This document shows, piece by piece, positions 38,869-48,507 of a stretch of 64,000 bases of DNA. The notes beneath the pieces were generated by a model that was not told the origin of the DNA, made no database searches, and saw only the letters and a list, made by a program, of their open reading frames with translations. Where the stretch lies: assembly GCA_947586835.1 (NCBI GenBank), contig CANPXT010000008.1, positions 443-64,442 of the forward strand. Reading direction: 5' to 3'. Numbering within the stretch: position 1 is the stretch's first letter; each line of letters starts with the position of its first letter. This DNA comes from an uncultured Alphaproteobacteria bacterium. Its GTDB lineage: Bacteria; Pseudomonadota; Alphaproteobacteria; CAAHEQ01; UBA3637. The position numbers and the translations under genes are program-made.

Positions 38869-39729
38869 TTGGAACAGCAAAAAAAATTTTTAAGCGATTT
38901 GGTTCAGGTGCAAAATGCTTTTAATTTCATTCAAGATTATCCTTTAAATGCGCTTGATTCTTTAAAAAAATTAACTTCGCGACAACGGTTTATGGCAGCT
39001 CATCTTTTAACCGATTATTTAGATATGATTGCCGATGTGAGCGCCTATGAAGAAAATGTGTTGAAGTCATTTTCGTTCAAGGAACGTCAAACAGTTTTGT
39101 ATACGTTGGAAACACAACCCGATCCGTCACTTGTTTCTCATTTGCCGCCGGCATTAGATTCCGCTTATATGAAAATTTTTAACAATACCAAAGTAAATTT
39201 TAAACGCTTCTATTCGAGAGCCGAAGCAATTGCTTGCCATGCTTTTAATACTTATCAAACCGATAAACCCGATCCGGAAGAGATTGATAAACGATGTGAA
39301 AATCTTGCAAAGCTGTTAAGTGAAGTCGTGAATGAAGATGTTTCTGTGAACGGGGAAGAAACGGCACAAAAAAACAGACCGCCTTATATTCAAATGCCCG
39401 TTTATGAAAAAATCAGATTGGCATTGTCAACTTTTGATTTTTTTGAACGGAAGGAACGTCTTGATCAATTGCACAAAGAGTTGGAAAGTGTTAAACCGAT
39501 GCGCATTGACTCAACGTTGGAGGGATTACAATATCGGATGAATCATAAAGGGCAAAAGCTTTCCGATACCTCCGAAATGAAGGCAAAAAGATTACGACAA
39601 TTGAAAAAAGAGCGCTTGATTCGAAAAAAATTAGCTGCTGAAAATAAACGGATACCGCAAAACAGAAAACGTTTTTCGCTTAAAAGAATTTTATCGACTT
39701 TGTACGGTCGAACGGATCATTCTTTTTAA
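38869..39729 (+). CDS. Hypothetical protein
   Basis: 286-aa ORF, basic C-terminus. Confidence 0.7.
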   Translation: MEQQKKFLSDLVQVQNAFNFIQDYPLNALDSLKKLTSRQRFMAAHLLTDYLDMIADVSAYEENVLKSFSFKERQTVLYTLETQPDPSLVSHLPPALDSAYMKIFNNTKVNFKRFYSRAEAIACHAFNTYQTDKPDPEEIDKRCENLAKLLSEVVNEDVSVNGEETAQKNRPPYIQMPVYEKIRLALSTFDFFERKERLDQLHKELESVKPMRIDSTLEGLQYRMNHKGQKLSDTSEMKAKRLRQLKKERLIRKKLAAENKRIPQNRKRFSLKRILSTLYGRTDHSF

Positions 39730-39761
39730 AGTGCTTTATTGTTGATTATAAAAAAAACACC

Positions 39762-40466
39762 TTATCTGTCGTTGAAAGAATTTGAAACAAGTTTTTTGAC
39801 ATCAAGCGACTTTGTTTTTTTGCCGGATTTATAATCTTTTTGTGCTTGATAAGTTTCTAAAACGGAAACAATTTTTTGATACCCCGATTCTTTGGCAATA
39901 TCAAGTGGTGTTTGTCCGAATGCGTTTCGAACATTCATATCGGCACCGGCTTCCAGTAAAATAGGAATTGCTTTGATGACATTACAAGAAACAGCTTTGT
40001 GTAATGGCGTACAATTCATATTATCCCGATGATTAACATCAGCTTTTGCTTTAATAAGCATTTTTAAAGCCGCCGGAGTATCAAGCCAGACAAATGAATG
40101 CAGTAAAGTTTCGCCCTCATTATTTTGGGCATTGACATCAGCGCCTGCTTTTAAAAACGTTTCCGCCAATCCGATTGTATAATATGTAAACAAATGCGCC
40201 GGTGTGTTGCCGTTGACGTCTTTAGCATTAATATCATTACCGGTTTTGAGAAGCATATCTGTCATTTTATTCAATTCGCGCGTGGGGGTAACATTTCCTT
40301 CAATGCTTTCCGGCCCATTATAGGAAGCTAAAAAATGCAAAGCGGTTGCATGTTCATAATTATCTGTATCATTCGGGTTTGCGCCGTTTTTAATGAAATT
40401 TTTAACTGCTTTTAAATCGGCATACGAACACGCTTGATTTAAATCTTGATAGAACAATTGCTCCAT
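39762..40466 (-). CDS. Ankyrin-repeat protein
   Basis: GNTPAH, GETLLH, CTPLH, GQTPLD repeats. Confidence 0.92.
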   Translation of the reverse strand: MEQLFYQDLNQACSYADLKAVKNFIKNGANPNDTDNYEHATALHFLASYNGPESIEGNVTPTRELNKMTDMLLKTGNDINAKDVNGNTPAHLFTYYTIGLAETFLKAGADVNAQNNEGETLLHSFVWLDTPAALKMLIKAKADVNHRDNMNCTPLHKAVSCNVIKAIPILLEAGADMNVRNAFGQTPLDIAKESGYQKIVSVLETYQAQKDYKSGKKTKSLDVKKLVSNSFNDR

Positions 40467-41012
40467 TTTATCCTCCGATTTTTTTCATAAATAATACCGT
40501 AATAATATCAGAAAATTCATCTTCTGTCAAGAGGAAAACAAAAAAGGTAGGTAAAAAGCGGCACAAAGAGGAATTTATGTAATTATCTGAATTTATTTGA
40601 TTTAATTCCTCTATTGAATAAAAACCAGTATTATTACAAGTAACAAAAAGGACAAAGAAGCAACTTGATAGTCGCTTCTTTTAACAGTTAATTAAAGTAT
40701 TATTTTAAGGGAAAACAACCGGAAAAAATGATTTATGTTTGTTTATGGATTATCAGAAATATCTTTTATTATTCACCGGAAACAAGTCACTGATTTTATT
40801 TCTTAATTGTTATATCTGTGTGCGGTTGATTATATATATGTTTTTTTTGTAACGAACAGTGTAAGTAAGATAAATATTGTCTCAAATCGGGATAAAAAAT
40901 GAAACAGCCATTATTTTTTTATCAAAAATGCGTTTTTTGTTTGACTTTTGTCAATTTTTATGGTAAAAACATAAAATATGTTAAAGAACATTTTTTGATG
41001 AAAGGAACATAA

Positions 41013-41498
41013 ATGTCACACAGATTAATTGATTATCAATTGCTATTTGCTTATGAAAATAAAGATCGGCAGGAAATAAATGAATTAAAAGCCATTGGAG
41101 CATCGGATTCGATGAGGGTTTGGTGTGAAGAAAGCAAAATCTCGGCTTTGATGTTGGCATTTTTGTATAATGATATAACGGCTGCCAAAGTACTTCTTAA
41201 AATGGGTGCCGATATTAATCTTCAAGATAAAAACGGGGAAACGCCTTTAATGTATGCCGTCAGAGAGAAAAATGTCTCAGCCGTCAAACTTTGTCTTCAA
41301 AACGGTTCCAAAATCGATATTCAAAACAATAACGGAGAAACGGCATGTGATATTGCTCGGTATATGGACTGTTCTCAAACCGTTAAAATATTATCAGAAC
41401 AGGAAAAAACAGTAAAGCAGGCCCGTCAGGTGGCGCAACATTCAACCGCAAGCATTCAAAAAAATATTCGAAGGAAAGGAAAAGAACAATGCCGATAA
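41013..41498 (+). CDS. Ankyrin-repeat protein
   Basis: GADINLQDKNGETPLMYA; IDIQNNNGETACDIA. Confidence 0.9.
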   Translation: MSHRLIDYQLLFAYENKDRQEINELKAIGASDSMRVWCEESKISALMLAFLYNDITAAKVLLKMGADINLQDKNGETPLMYAVREKNVSAVKLCLQNGSKIDIQNNNGETACDIARYMDCSQTVKILSEQEKTVKQARQVAQHSTASIQKNIRRKGKEQCR

Positions 41499-41677
41499 AA
41501 AAGGAGGAATTGAATATCAAACAATTCGTTCAAACATATTTTGACAATTCAAAACCGAATGTTTGTGATTTCGATGATTTTAAACAGGTGAGAAAAACAA
41601 GAAGAAAACTTGTATTTGAAAAGCAAGAATCTGATATAAAAGGTTTTATTCGAAATTATTTTCAAAAAACGCGATAA
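41489..41677 (+). CDS. Small hypothetical protein
   Basis: 62-aa ORF overlapping the upstream stop; purine-rich RBS-like sequence. Confidence 0.45.
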   Translation: MPIKKEELNIKQFVQTYFDNSKPNVCDFDDFKQVRKTRRKLVFEKQESDIKGFIRNYFQKTR

Positions 41678-41834
41678 TTAAAACGCTTTCGGGTAAACGG
41701 ATAAACGGTTTTGCTTATCCGTTTTTTTTGTGCCTTTTGTTGATTTTCCCCTGTTGAGAGATGTTTTTTGTGCCTATGTAATTGAAGCGCTTGACAAGCG
41801 TTTGTTTTAATGATAATCATAAAAGGAGAAAAAA

Positions 41835-42299
41835 ATGACGAATTTTACATCTATTGAATTGGAAGGTATTAATGCCGAAGGGCAAAAAGAAACCTTTAAA
41901 TTGGCTGATTTTAAAGGCAAAAAGGTTGTTCTTTATTTTTATCCCAAAGATAACACATCAGGTTGCACCAAAGAGGCATGCCAATTTCGTGACAGTTATA
42001 ATCGATTGTTAAAAAAGGCGGTGGTAATCGGTGTCAGTCCCGATTCGATTGAAAGCCATCAAGAGTTTCAAAAGGCACAAAATCTGAACTTTATTTTGCT
42101 TTCCGATCCGGATCACACATTAAGTGAGGCTTTTTCTGTGTGGCAAGAAAAAAGTATGTACGGTAAGAAATATATGGGCATTGATCGCTCCACATTCATT
42201 TTAGATGAAGACGGAACCGTTCAAAAAGAATGGCGAGACGTGAAAGTGGAAGGACATGTCGATGAGGTATTAAAAGCCTTAAATGTCGATGAAAAATAA
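41835..42299 (+). CDS. bcp: Peroxiredoxin Bcp
   Basis: VLYFYPKDNTSGCTKEAC; GVSPD; RSTFILDE. Confidence 0.93.
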   Translation: MTNFTSIELEGINAEGQKETFKLADFKGKKVVLYFYPKDNTSGCTKEACQFRDSYNRLLKKAVVIGVSPDSIESHQEFQKAQNLNFILLSDPDHTLSEAFSVWQEKSMYGKKYMGIDRSTFILDEDGTVQKEWRDVKVEGHVDEVLKALNVDEK

Positions 42300-42308
42300 G
42301 GAATAAAT

Positions 42309-43457
42309 ATGGAACAAACACAATCGGGTTTAAGAAAACGTATTTGCTTTGCAGGAGCTGTGAATGTTGGAAAGTCATCGTTGATGAATGCTTTAACGGA
42401 AAATACCGTTTCGCTTGTTTCCGATATTGAAGGCACAACGACCGATTCGGTTTGCAAAGCTTATGAGATTTTAGGTCTGGGCCCGATTGTGTTTTGTGAT
42501 ACGGCAGGCTTCGGTGATACGAGCGAATTGGGCAGTGTTCGCGAAAAAACGGCGTTGCAAACGCTGGATTGTGCCGATGTCATTGTTTTGGTGCGCGTTA
42601 ATGACCGTAAGGCAGATTCTGTTTCCGAGCGTGTGGTTGAAGAAGCACAAAAACGGCATATTCCGCTTATTACGGTTTTCAATAAGTGTGATATTTATGA
42701 AGCTCCGGCAGGAGAAATCGGCATCAGTGCCAAAACAAAAACAGGACTGAATAAATTGGTGCAAGAATTAAAGCGTGTGCTTTCGAAAGCCGATGAAGAA
42801 CATTTGCTTGACGGCTTAATTGAAGCGGGGCAATCGGTTTTACTGGTCACACCGATTGATTCTTCCGCGCCGAAAGGACGCTTGATTTTACCCCAGGTGC
42901 AAATGATCAGGGAGTGTTTGGATAAACGCGTGCTCACAACGGTTGTTGAGGTGCTTGATGTTCCCAAAGCCTTTGAAAAGCAAACATTTGATTTGGTTAT
43001 TACCGATTCAAAAGTAATTCATGAAGTTTTATCCTTTGTGCCGGTCGGTGTGCGTGTTTCAACGTTTTCCGTTTTATTTGCCAAGGCAAAGGGCGATTTT
43101 CAAATTTTTTTGGAAGGAGCCGAACATATTGATCGCTTGCAGGAAAATGATACCGTTTTAATTGCCGAAAGTTGTGTGCATACAACGAACGAAGATGATA
43201 TTGCACGCACCGTCATTCCGAAGCTGATGCAAAAATTTACGGGAAAAACTTTAGTATTTGAGTTTGCGCGCGGAAAAGTTTTGCCCGATAATTTATCGAA
43301 ATATGCATTAATTGTGCAATGTGGCGGTTGTATGCTTTCGCGCGGTGAAATGATGAGCCGGGTACGCAAAAGTGTTGAAGCGGGTATCCCCATGACAAAT
43401 TACGGATTGACTATCACGAAATGTCGGTGCGGCAGTTTAAAACGACTGACTTATTAG
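42309..43457 (+). CDS. hydF: [FeFe]-hydrogenase maturation GTPase HydF
   Basis: GAVNVGKSS, GTTTD, DTAG, NKCD; PID.SAPKGRLILPQ; ESC.H...CGGCM; PMTNYG. Confidence 0.9.
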   Translation: MEQTQSGLRKRICFAGAVNVGKSSLMNALTENTVSLVSDIEGTTTDSVCKAYEILGLGPIVFCDTAGFGDTSELGSVREKTALQTLDCADVIVLVRVNDRKADSVSERVVEEAQKRHIPLITVFNKCDIYEAPAGEIGISAKTKTGLNKLVQELKRVLSKADEEHLLDGLIEAGQSVLLVTPIDSSAPKGRLILPQVQMIRECLDKRVLTTVVEVLDVPKAFEKQTFDLVITDSKVIHEVLSFVPVGVRVSTFSVLFAKAKGDFQIFLEGAEHIDRLQENDTVLIAESCVHTTNEDDIARTVIPKLMQKFTGKTLVFEFARGKVLPDNLSKYALIVQCGGCMLSRGEMMSRVRKSVEAGIPMTNYGLTITKCRCGSLKRLTY

Positions 43458-43518
43458 ATGAAATAATTTTAGCAGAATCCGGATCATTTGACATAATAAC
43501 AAGTTTTTTTCCTTTTTT

Positions 43519-43593
43519 TGCCGAAAAATGCTGATTTTTACCGAAAATACCTCTTTTCTTTTTTCCGAAAAGGGCGTATAAAGAGTGTATCAT
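43519..43593 (+). promoter_or_regulatory. Putative activator-dependent promoter of the packaging module
   Basis: TGCCGA, TGCTGA, TACCGA at 43519, 43529, 43539; GCGTATAA-N5-GTATCAT at 43574-43593; spacing identical to 17543-17617. Confidence 0.6.
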
Positions 43594-43607
43594 CAGTTAA
43601 ATTTATC

Positions 43608-43637
43608 AGCGTTGCTTTTATAAGCAACGTTTTTTTT
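43608..43637 (+). terminator. Terminator-like hairpin in the packaging-module leader
   Basis: AGCGTTGCTT-TTAT-AAGCAACGTT with T8 run, before the RBS. Confidence 0.65.
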
Positions 43638-43656
43638 ATGTCAAAGGAGAAACAAT

Positions 43657-43902
43657 ATGAAAGAACCGCAAGCCCTTTCAGACAGGCTGTTTATTCGCTT
43701 GGAACAGCCGGACGCTTCACTGATTTTAACAAATAATATCAATCATCGGAACATAGGAACGATTGTCAGTGTCGGACCTTTGGTTAAGAGTGTGAAAACA
43801 GGGGATAAAGTCCTGTTTCATATTTTCGATGATTTACCGACTTATGATCCCGATGTTGTTGTCATTCGGGAAAAAAGCTTATTAGGGATATTTAAACAAT
43901 AA
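43657..43902 (+). CDS. GroES-like co-chaperonin (phage-type)
   Basis: L.DRL.I, G.IVSVGP.V..VK.GD.VLF, V.IRE..LLGI. Confidence 0.7.
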   Translation: MKEPQALSDRLFIRLEQPDASLILTNNINHRNIGTIVSVGPLVKSVKTGDKVLFHIFDDLPTYDPDVVVIREKSLLGIFKQ

Positions 43903-43924
43903 TTTAACAGAAAAGGATAACAAA

Positions 43925-45820
43925 ATGCAAAAGACACAATATGAAACGTCTCAATCCGTGAGTCGTTGGCTGGATCGTATTCATCGTGCCGAACGGGTTT
44001 ATGAGCCGTATTTTGACTTAATTCGAAGAACACGCGAGGCCTATAAATCTCAGAACGGCGATATAACGACTGCGTATAATATTTTCTGGTCAGGAGTAGA
44101 AACACAAAAACCGTTTCTTTATTTCAAACGCCCTGACGCATATGTGGATCGTATTAATAAAGTTGCCACGCCGGCAGAGCAGGTTGCCTGTAAAATTTTG
44201 GAACGTGCTTTAAATTGGAACATAAATGCCTTTGATTTCGACGGTGCGGCAAAATATGCCCGAAATGATTTTCTTATTTCCGGTTGCGGTATATTATTTG
44301 AAGCTTATACGCCCGAATTTCAAACGATTTCTTTGCCGGACGGCAATGTGTGTGACGTTATTACAAATGAAACGGTGGTTACAAACTATTGGGATCCGTG
44401 TTTCTTTTTGGCAGATACCGATCATGTGGGTGTTTGGGAAGATGTACAGTGGATTGCGCGAAAACTTTTGTTAAATCGTCAAAAAATTGCAGACGAGTTT
44501 GGTCAAAAAGCGGTCGATAAATTAAATTTCAAACCCTCAGACACGCCGGAAAAAAATGTGTGTGTTTATGAAATATGGGATAAACAAAGCAAAGCCGTAT
44601 ATTGGATTTCACCTCACTGTCCCGATAGTTTTTTAAAGAAGATCGGTGATCCTTATCATTTAAGCGGTTTTTTCCCGTGTCCGAAACCGCTTTACGCTAC
44701 TTTAACAAACGATAGCCTTATTCCGGTTCCCGATTACAGTATGATTTCCCGTATGATTGACGAACTCAACGGCATTGTGGAACGGATGCGGTTAACCATG
44801 CAGGCTATTAAGGTAAGTGGTGTTTATGACGGAGCTTTTCATCGATTGGGGGATATTTTTGAAAAAGATGTCACTCTTGTTTCGCTGGCGGATTTTGATC
44901 GCTTGAAAGAAAACGGCGGTATTCGCGGCGTGATTGATTTTATTCCGATTGATCAATATATCACGGCATTAGAGCAATTAGCGCGTCGACGGGATGATGT
45001 GGTCAATCGCATTTTTGAAATTACCGGCGTTTCCGATATTATGCGCGGCAATTCTAACGTAACGGAAACGGCAACGGCGGTTGAACGAAAAACAAATTTC
45101 GGCACGCTGCGCAATCAAGATCGGCAAAATGATATGCAACGCTTTATTGCCGACATCTATCGCATTAAGGCGGAAATTATTTGTGAAAGATGTTCGCCGG
45201 AAATGTTGGCTTCGTTTGTGAATCCGTCTGAAAACACGACGCCCGAAACCATCGCGCAGGCCATTTCTATTTTAAAGCATCATAAGTTGGAAGGCATGTT
45301 ATTGCATGTGGAAAGCAACGGGGTTGTGAATGCCGATAACGAGGCTTTGAAAACCTTGAAAGGTGTTGAAACCATTACGTGTTTAATCAGCGATGCGTTG
45401 CCGATTGTATCGATGCAACCGTTATTGTTACCGCTTTATCAACGGATGATTATGGCGGTTGTGGCGCAAATGCCGCATACGCGTTTGTTTGAAAGCGTGA
45501 TTGATAAAACGTTCACCGCCATTCAATCCGATTTGGCTCAAACACCTTCAAAACAGGCCTTGGCGTCAAGTCAATTAAAGCGTGAAAAGGACAAACGGGA
45601 AGCGCTGGAAGCACAACTTGGCGATATGCAACGTTTTAATCAAAAAATAACGTGTTTAAAATTGGCGCAAACCTATGAAATTGAAAAAGATAAAATTAAG
45701 CTGGAAGAAGAAAAGAATCGGTTGAAAGCGCTTGAATTAAATATGCGTATGAAAGAAAACGAATCGGCAAAAGCGCCGACATCTTTACAAAAATCAATAC
45801 CGCAGCAAATTGAAAAATAA
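43925..45820 (+). CDS. Phage portal protein (podovirus-type)
   Basis: YNIFWS.VET.KP.LY...P, VYEIWDK, FFPCPKPLYATLTNDSLIPVPDY, EITGVSDIMRG...ETATA...K; C-terminal coiled-coil barrel. Confidence 0.87.
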   Translation: MQKTQYETSQSVSRWLDRIHRAERVYEPYFDLIRRTREAYKSQNGDITTAYNIFWSGVETQKPFLYFKRPDAYVDRINKVATPAEQVACKILERALNWNINAFDFDGAAKYARNDFLISGCGILFEAYTPEFQTISLPDGNVCDVITNETVVTNYWDPCFFLADTDHVGVWEDVQWIARKLLLNRQKIADEFGQKAVDKLNFKPSDTPEKNVCVYEIWDKQSKAVYWISPHCPDSFLKKIGDPYHLSGFFPCPKPLYATLTNDSLIPVPDYSMISRMIDELNGIVERMRLTMQAIKVSGVYDGAFHRLGDIFEKDVTLVSLADFDRLKENGGIRGVIDFIPIDQYITALEQLARRRDDVVNRIFEITGVSDIMRGNSNVTETATAVERKTNFGTLRNQDRQNDMQRFIADIYRIKAEIICERCSPEMLASFVNPSENTTPETIAQAISILKHHKLEGMLLHVESNGVVNADNEALKTLKGVETITCLISDALPIVSMQPLLLPLYQRMIMAVVAQMPHTRLFESVIDKTFTAIQSDLAQTPSKQALASSQLKREKDKREALEAQLGDMQRFNQKITCLKLAQTYEIEKDKIKLEEEKNRLKALELNMRMKENESAKAPTSLQKSIPQQIEK

Positions 45821-45861
45821 AGTTTTTAAAGGAAAAGCGGTCAAAAACGAAAGGGAAAACC

Positions 45862-46134
45862 ATGAGAAAAGAAAATAAAACAACCGCTTTGCCGGCAGTG
45901 CCGAGCGAACCTTTAATTGACTATTCGGTACGCGACAGTTTTTTAAAGCTGTGCCATATTCAGGAAACGGCATTGGCGCTGGAACCCAAGCCCGATTTTA
46001 CGGCAGCTTTAAAGTCGGAAGAATTGAAAGGCAAATTGTGCGGCTTATATCCGGATAAGAAAAAACAAGTTCTCGAACAAGAATCTTATCCGGTTATTGC
46101 CGTTCAGTTTGTAGAAAAAGGAGATGTTAAGTGA
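45862..46134 (+). CDS. Terminase small subunit (minimal; no N-terminal HTH)
   Basis: AALKSEELKGKLCGLY.DK oligomerisation motif; C-terminal VIAVQFV strand; overlaps the TerL start (GTGA). Confidence 0.68.
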   Translation: MRKENKTTALPAVPSEPLIDYSVRDSFLKLCHIQETALALEPKPDFTAALKSEELKGKLCGLYPDKKKQVLEQESYPVIAVQFVEKGDVK

Positions 46135-47513
46135 AAAGTGCTTCAAAAAGCGATTCGGTCACGATTGAGCAAAAGAATCGGCATATTATTCAAATTCCGT
46201 CTGTTTTTAAGCCGCTGTTAAGTTTGAAAAAGCGCATTAAACTTTTTTACGGCGGACGGGCAGGCGGTAAATCTTATGCTTTTGCCGACAGTTTGTTAAT
46301 TAAAGCGCGTATGCAAAAATTGTTTATTATTTGTTTGCGCGAAATTCAAAACTCCATTAAAGATTCGGTACACAAATTGCTTGCCGATCGCATTCAAGCA
46401 CATCAGTTGAGCGATTATCGGGTGAGTGATATGAAAATTGAAAACTTAATGACGGGGAGCACCTTTGTTTTCAAGGGACTTCGTGATCAGGACAGTGATA
46501 AAATCAAGTCATTGGAGGGGGCGGATATTGCGTGGATTGAAGAAGGACAGCGAATCTCAAAAAAATCGTGGGAAATATTAGAGCCGACCATTCGAAAGAA
46601 AGATTCGGAAATTTGGATTTCCATGAACAGGGAAACACCGACCGATCCGATTTGGGTTGCGCTTTTTAATCAGCCCGACAGTTATGTTTTCAAGCAAAAA
46701 GTGAATTATACGGATAATCCGTTCTGTCCCGAAGAAATGATAGAATTAGCTGAGCGGTGTCGGGAAAAAAATGCGGTCGATTATGCGCATATTTGGCTTG
46801 GCGAACCCAAAGCGGGCGGTGATGAAAAACTCATTCCGTCCGTTTTTATCATTCAAGCGCAGGAACGGGGAAAAGTGGCGGGAATCGGGCAAAGTTTACC
46901 GGTCGGGAGTGATGAAAATCAGCTGATTATCGGGCTGGACATTGCGCGTTTCGGTGATGATGCCACGGTTTTTTGTTTTCGCACGGGCGGTAAATGTGTT
47001 TTTAAGGTATATCACAAAAAAAACACGGTTGAAACGGCGAATTTGGCGGTGCATTATCTTCAAACGCTCCATCCGGCGCGGTTATTTTTAGATATCGGCG
47101 GATTGGGTGCAGGTGTTTTTGATATATTAATCGCGCGCGGTTTTGCAACGGTTGTACGCGGTGTTAATTTTGGCGAAAAAGCACGACTTTCAGACAGATA
47201 TGCCAACAAGCGGGCGGAAATGTGGGATTCGGTTCGTTTGTTTTTAAGCGAATCTGATCAGGCGCTCTTACCGCCGGATTCGGATTTGTGTGATGACTTA
47301 TGTGCCGTGAATAAAAGCTATGATAAACACGGGCGCCTGCTATTGGAAGATAAAGTGGCATTAAGGCGGCATTTGGGGCGCTCAACCGATCGCGGTGATG
47401 CTTTGGCGCTCACGTTTGCCCGTCCGATGGGGAACATATGTGCGCAACCTGAAAATCAAGGATTAACGCTGGAAGAATTGTTTAAAAATCAGTCTTTTAA
47501 AAGAACATGGTAA
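46131..47513 (+). CDS. Terminase large subunit (PBSX-like)
   Basis: Walker A YGGRAGGKS; CLREIQNSI.DSV; IKSLEG..IAWIEEG; nuclease GLDIARFGDD; S.DRGDALALTF. Confidence 0.95.
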   Translation: MKSASKSDSVTIEQKNRHIIQIPSVFKPLLSLKKRIKLFYGGRAGGKSYAFADSLLIKARMQKLFIICLREIQNSIKDSVHKLLADRIQAHQLSDYRVSDMKIENLMTGSTFVFKGLRDQDSDKIKSLEGADIAWIEEGQRISKKSWEILEPTIRKKDSEIWISMNRETPTDPIWVALFNQPDSYVFKQKVNYTDNPFCPEEMIELAERCREKNAVDYAHIWLGEPKAGGDEKLIPSVFIIQAQERGKVAGIGQSLPVGSDENQLIIGLDIARFGDDATVFCFRTGGKCVFKVYHKKNTVETANLAVHYLQTLHPARLFLDIGGLGAGVFDILIARGFATVVRGVNFGEKARLSDRYANKRAEMWDSVRLFLSESDQALLPPDSDLCDDLCAVNKSYDKHGRLLLEDKVALRRHLGRSTDRGDALALTFARPMGNICAQPENQGLTLEELFKNQSFKRTW

Positions 47514-47535
47514 AAAATGAAAAATATTCCTGAAC

Positions 47536-47751
47536 ATGGTAAGTTTAGAGGAATTGGGGTGCACACCGAATTGCGCTGAAAGTGAATTAAGAGAGGAGTT
47601 GGGTAAGGAAGGTTGGACAGCAGATCAGGTATGGGCAAATCCAACCGTTGATAGTGGGAGTTCCTGCAAGGGGTACGCCGTAAGCCTCGGTCATATTTCC
47701 AGTTACAACCACCATGGTCGCGACGGCACTGACTCCGCCTTATGTAAGTGA
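47536..47751 (+). pseudogene. Orphan C-terminal fragment resembling a CLec/DUF1566-type domain
   Basis: SLEELGC...W......SC.GY.VSL........R.....ALCK; no clear RBS; in-frame stop at 47518 upstream; atypical codon use. Confidence 0.4.
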
Positions 47752-47791
47752 AGCCCGCCTAAAACAGACGCTTAAAATCACTTTTGGCAGG

Positions 47792-48322
47792 TTAATAAGC
47801 TTTTATAAAGCGCGTTAATTCCAATATACCGTAAATAATTAAATACAGACCGATTACGACGGTAATTGTGACCGTTCCGATGACGGGCATGGCAAAAATG
47901 AAAAGCGAAAAAATCACTCCCAGTATACCGCCCCAGAAGAATACTTTCCACATTGAATTTTTATCAGAACGCATTTCCCAACCCATGACTATTTCGGCAA
48001 TACCGTTAAATAAAATCCATAATCCGAGAATAATCGGCATATTGAAGGCACTGATTCCGATGTTGCTTAAAAAAAGAACACCGATGATGAGATCTAAAAT
48101 CCCTAATGCCAAAAACATGGTCGACTTTCTTTCGCGAAATGCCATTAAATAACCGACGCCCAACAAAATAAAGACGACGCCGACAATCATTGCCGAGGCA
48201 ACCAATGCCGTTATCGGATTAAATAAAACATAAATACCGCTTAAAATAAGAATGATGCTGATCAGTAATAACCAAAAACTTTTACCGTTTTGAACGGTTT
48301 TCGGCATAAGTGTTGTTTCCAT
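47792..48322 (-). CDS. HdeD/DUF308 family membrane protein
   Basis: Six hydrophobic segments with G..L.NP and G..L.G..EI repeats. Confidence 0.85.
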   Translation of the reverse strand: METTLMPKTVQNGKSFWLLLISIILILSGIYVLFNPITALVASAMIVGVVFILLGVGYLMAFRERKSTMFLALGILDLIIGVLFLSNIGISAFNMPIILGLWILFNGIAEIVMGWEMRSDKNSMWKVFFWGGILGVIFSLFIFAMPVIGTVTITVVIGLYLIIYGILELTRFIKAY

Positions 48323-48507
48323 TTTTTCCCTCCTTTAAAATAGTTCTTTATTTATATAGATTGTTTTTGTCAACTTGCAAGTTAATCAACATTTTTTTTG
48401 TTTTTTTTGTTCCCGAAAAACGAAAAATTACTTGACAAATACTTTTAAATTGTATATCATACTTGCTTCAAAAAAGATGGATATATTTTAAATAAAGAGG
48501 TCAGAAA

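Noticed and set aside
40681-40695. CtrA-like box TTAA-N7-TTAA
   Set aside because: Single hit in very AT-rich intergenic DNA, expected by chance; none noticed at the phage-module promoters
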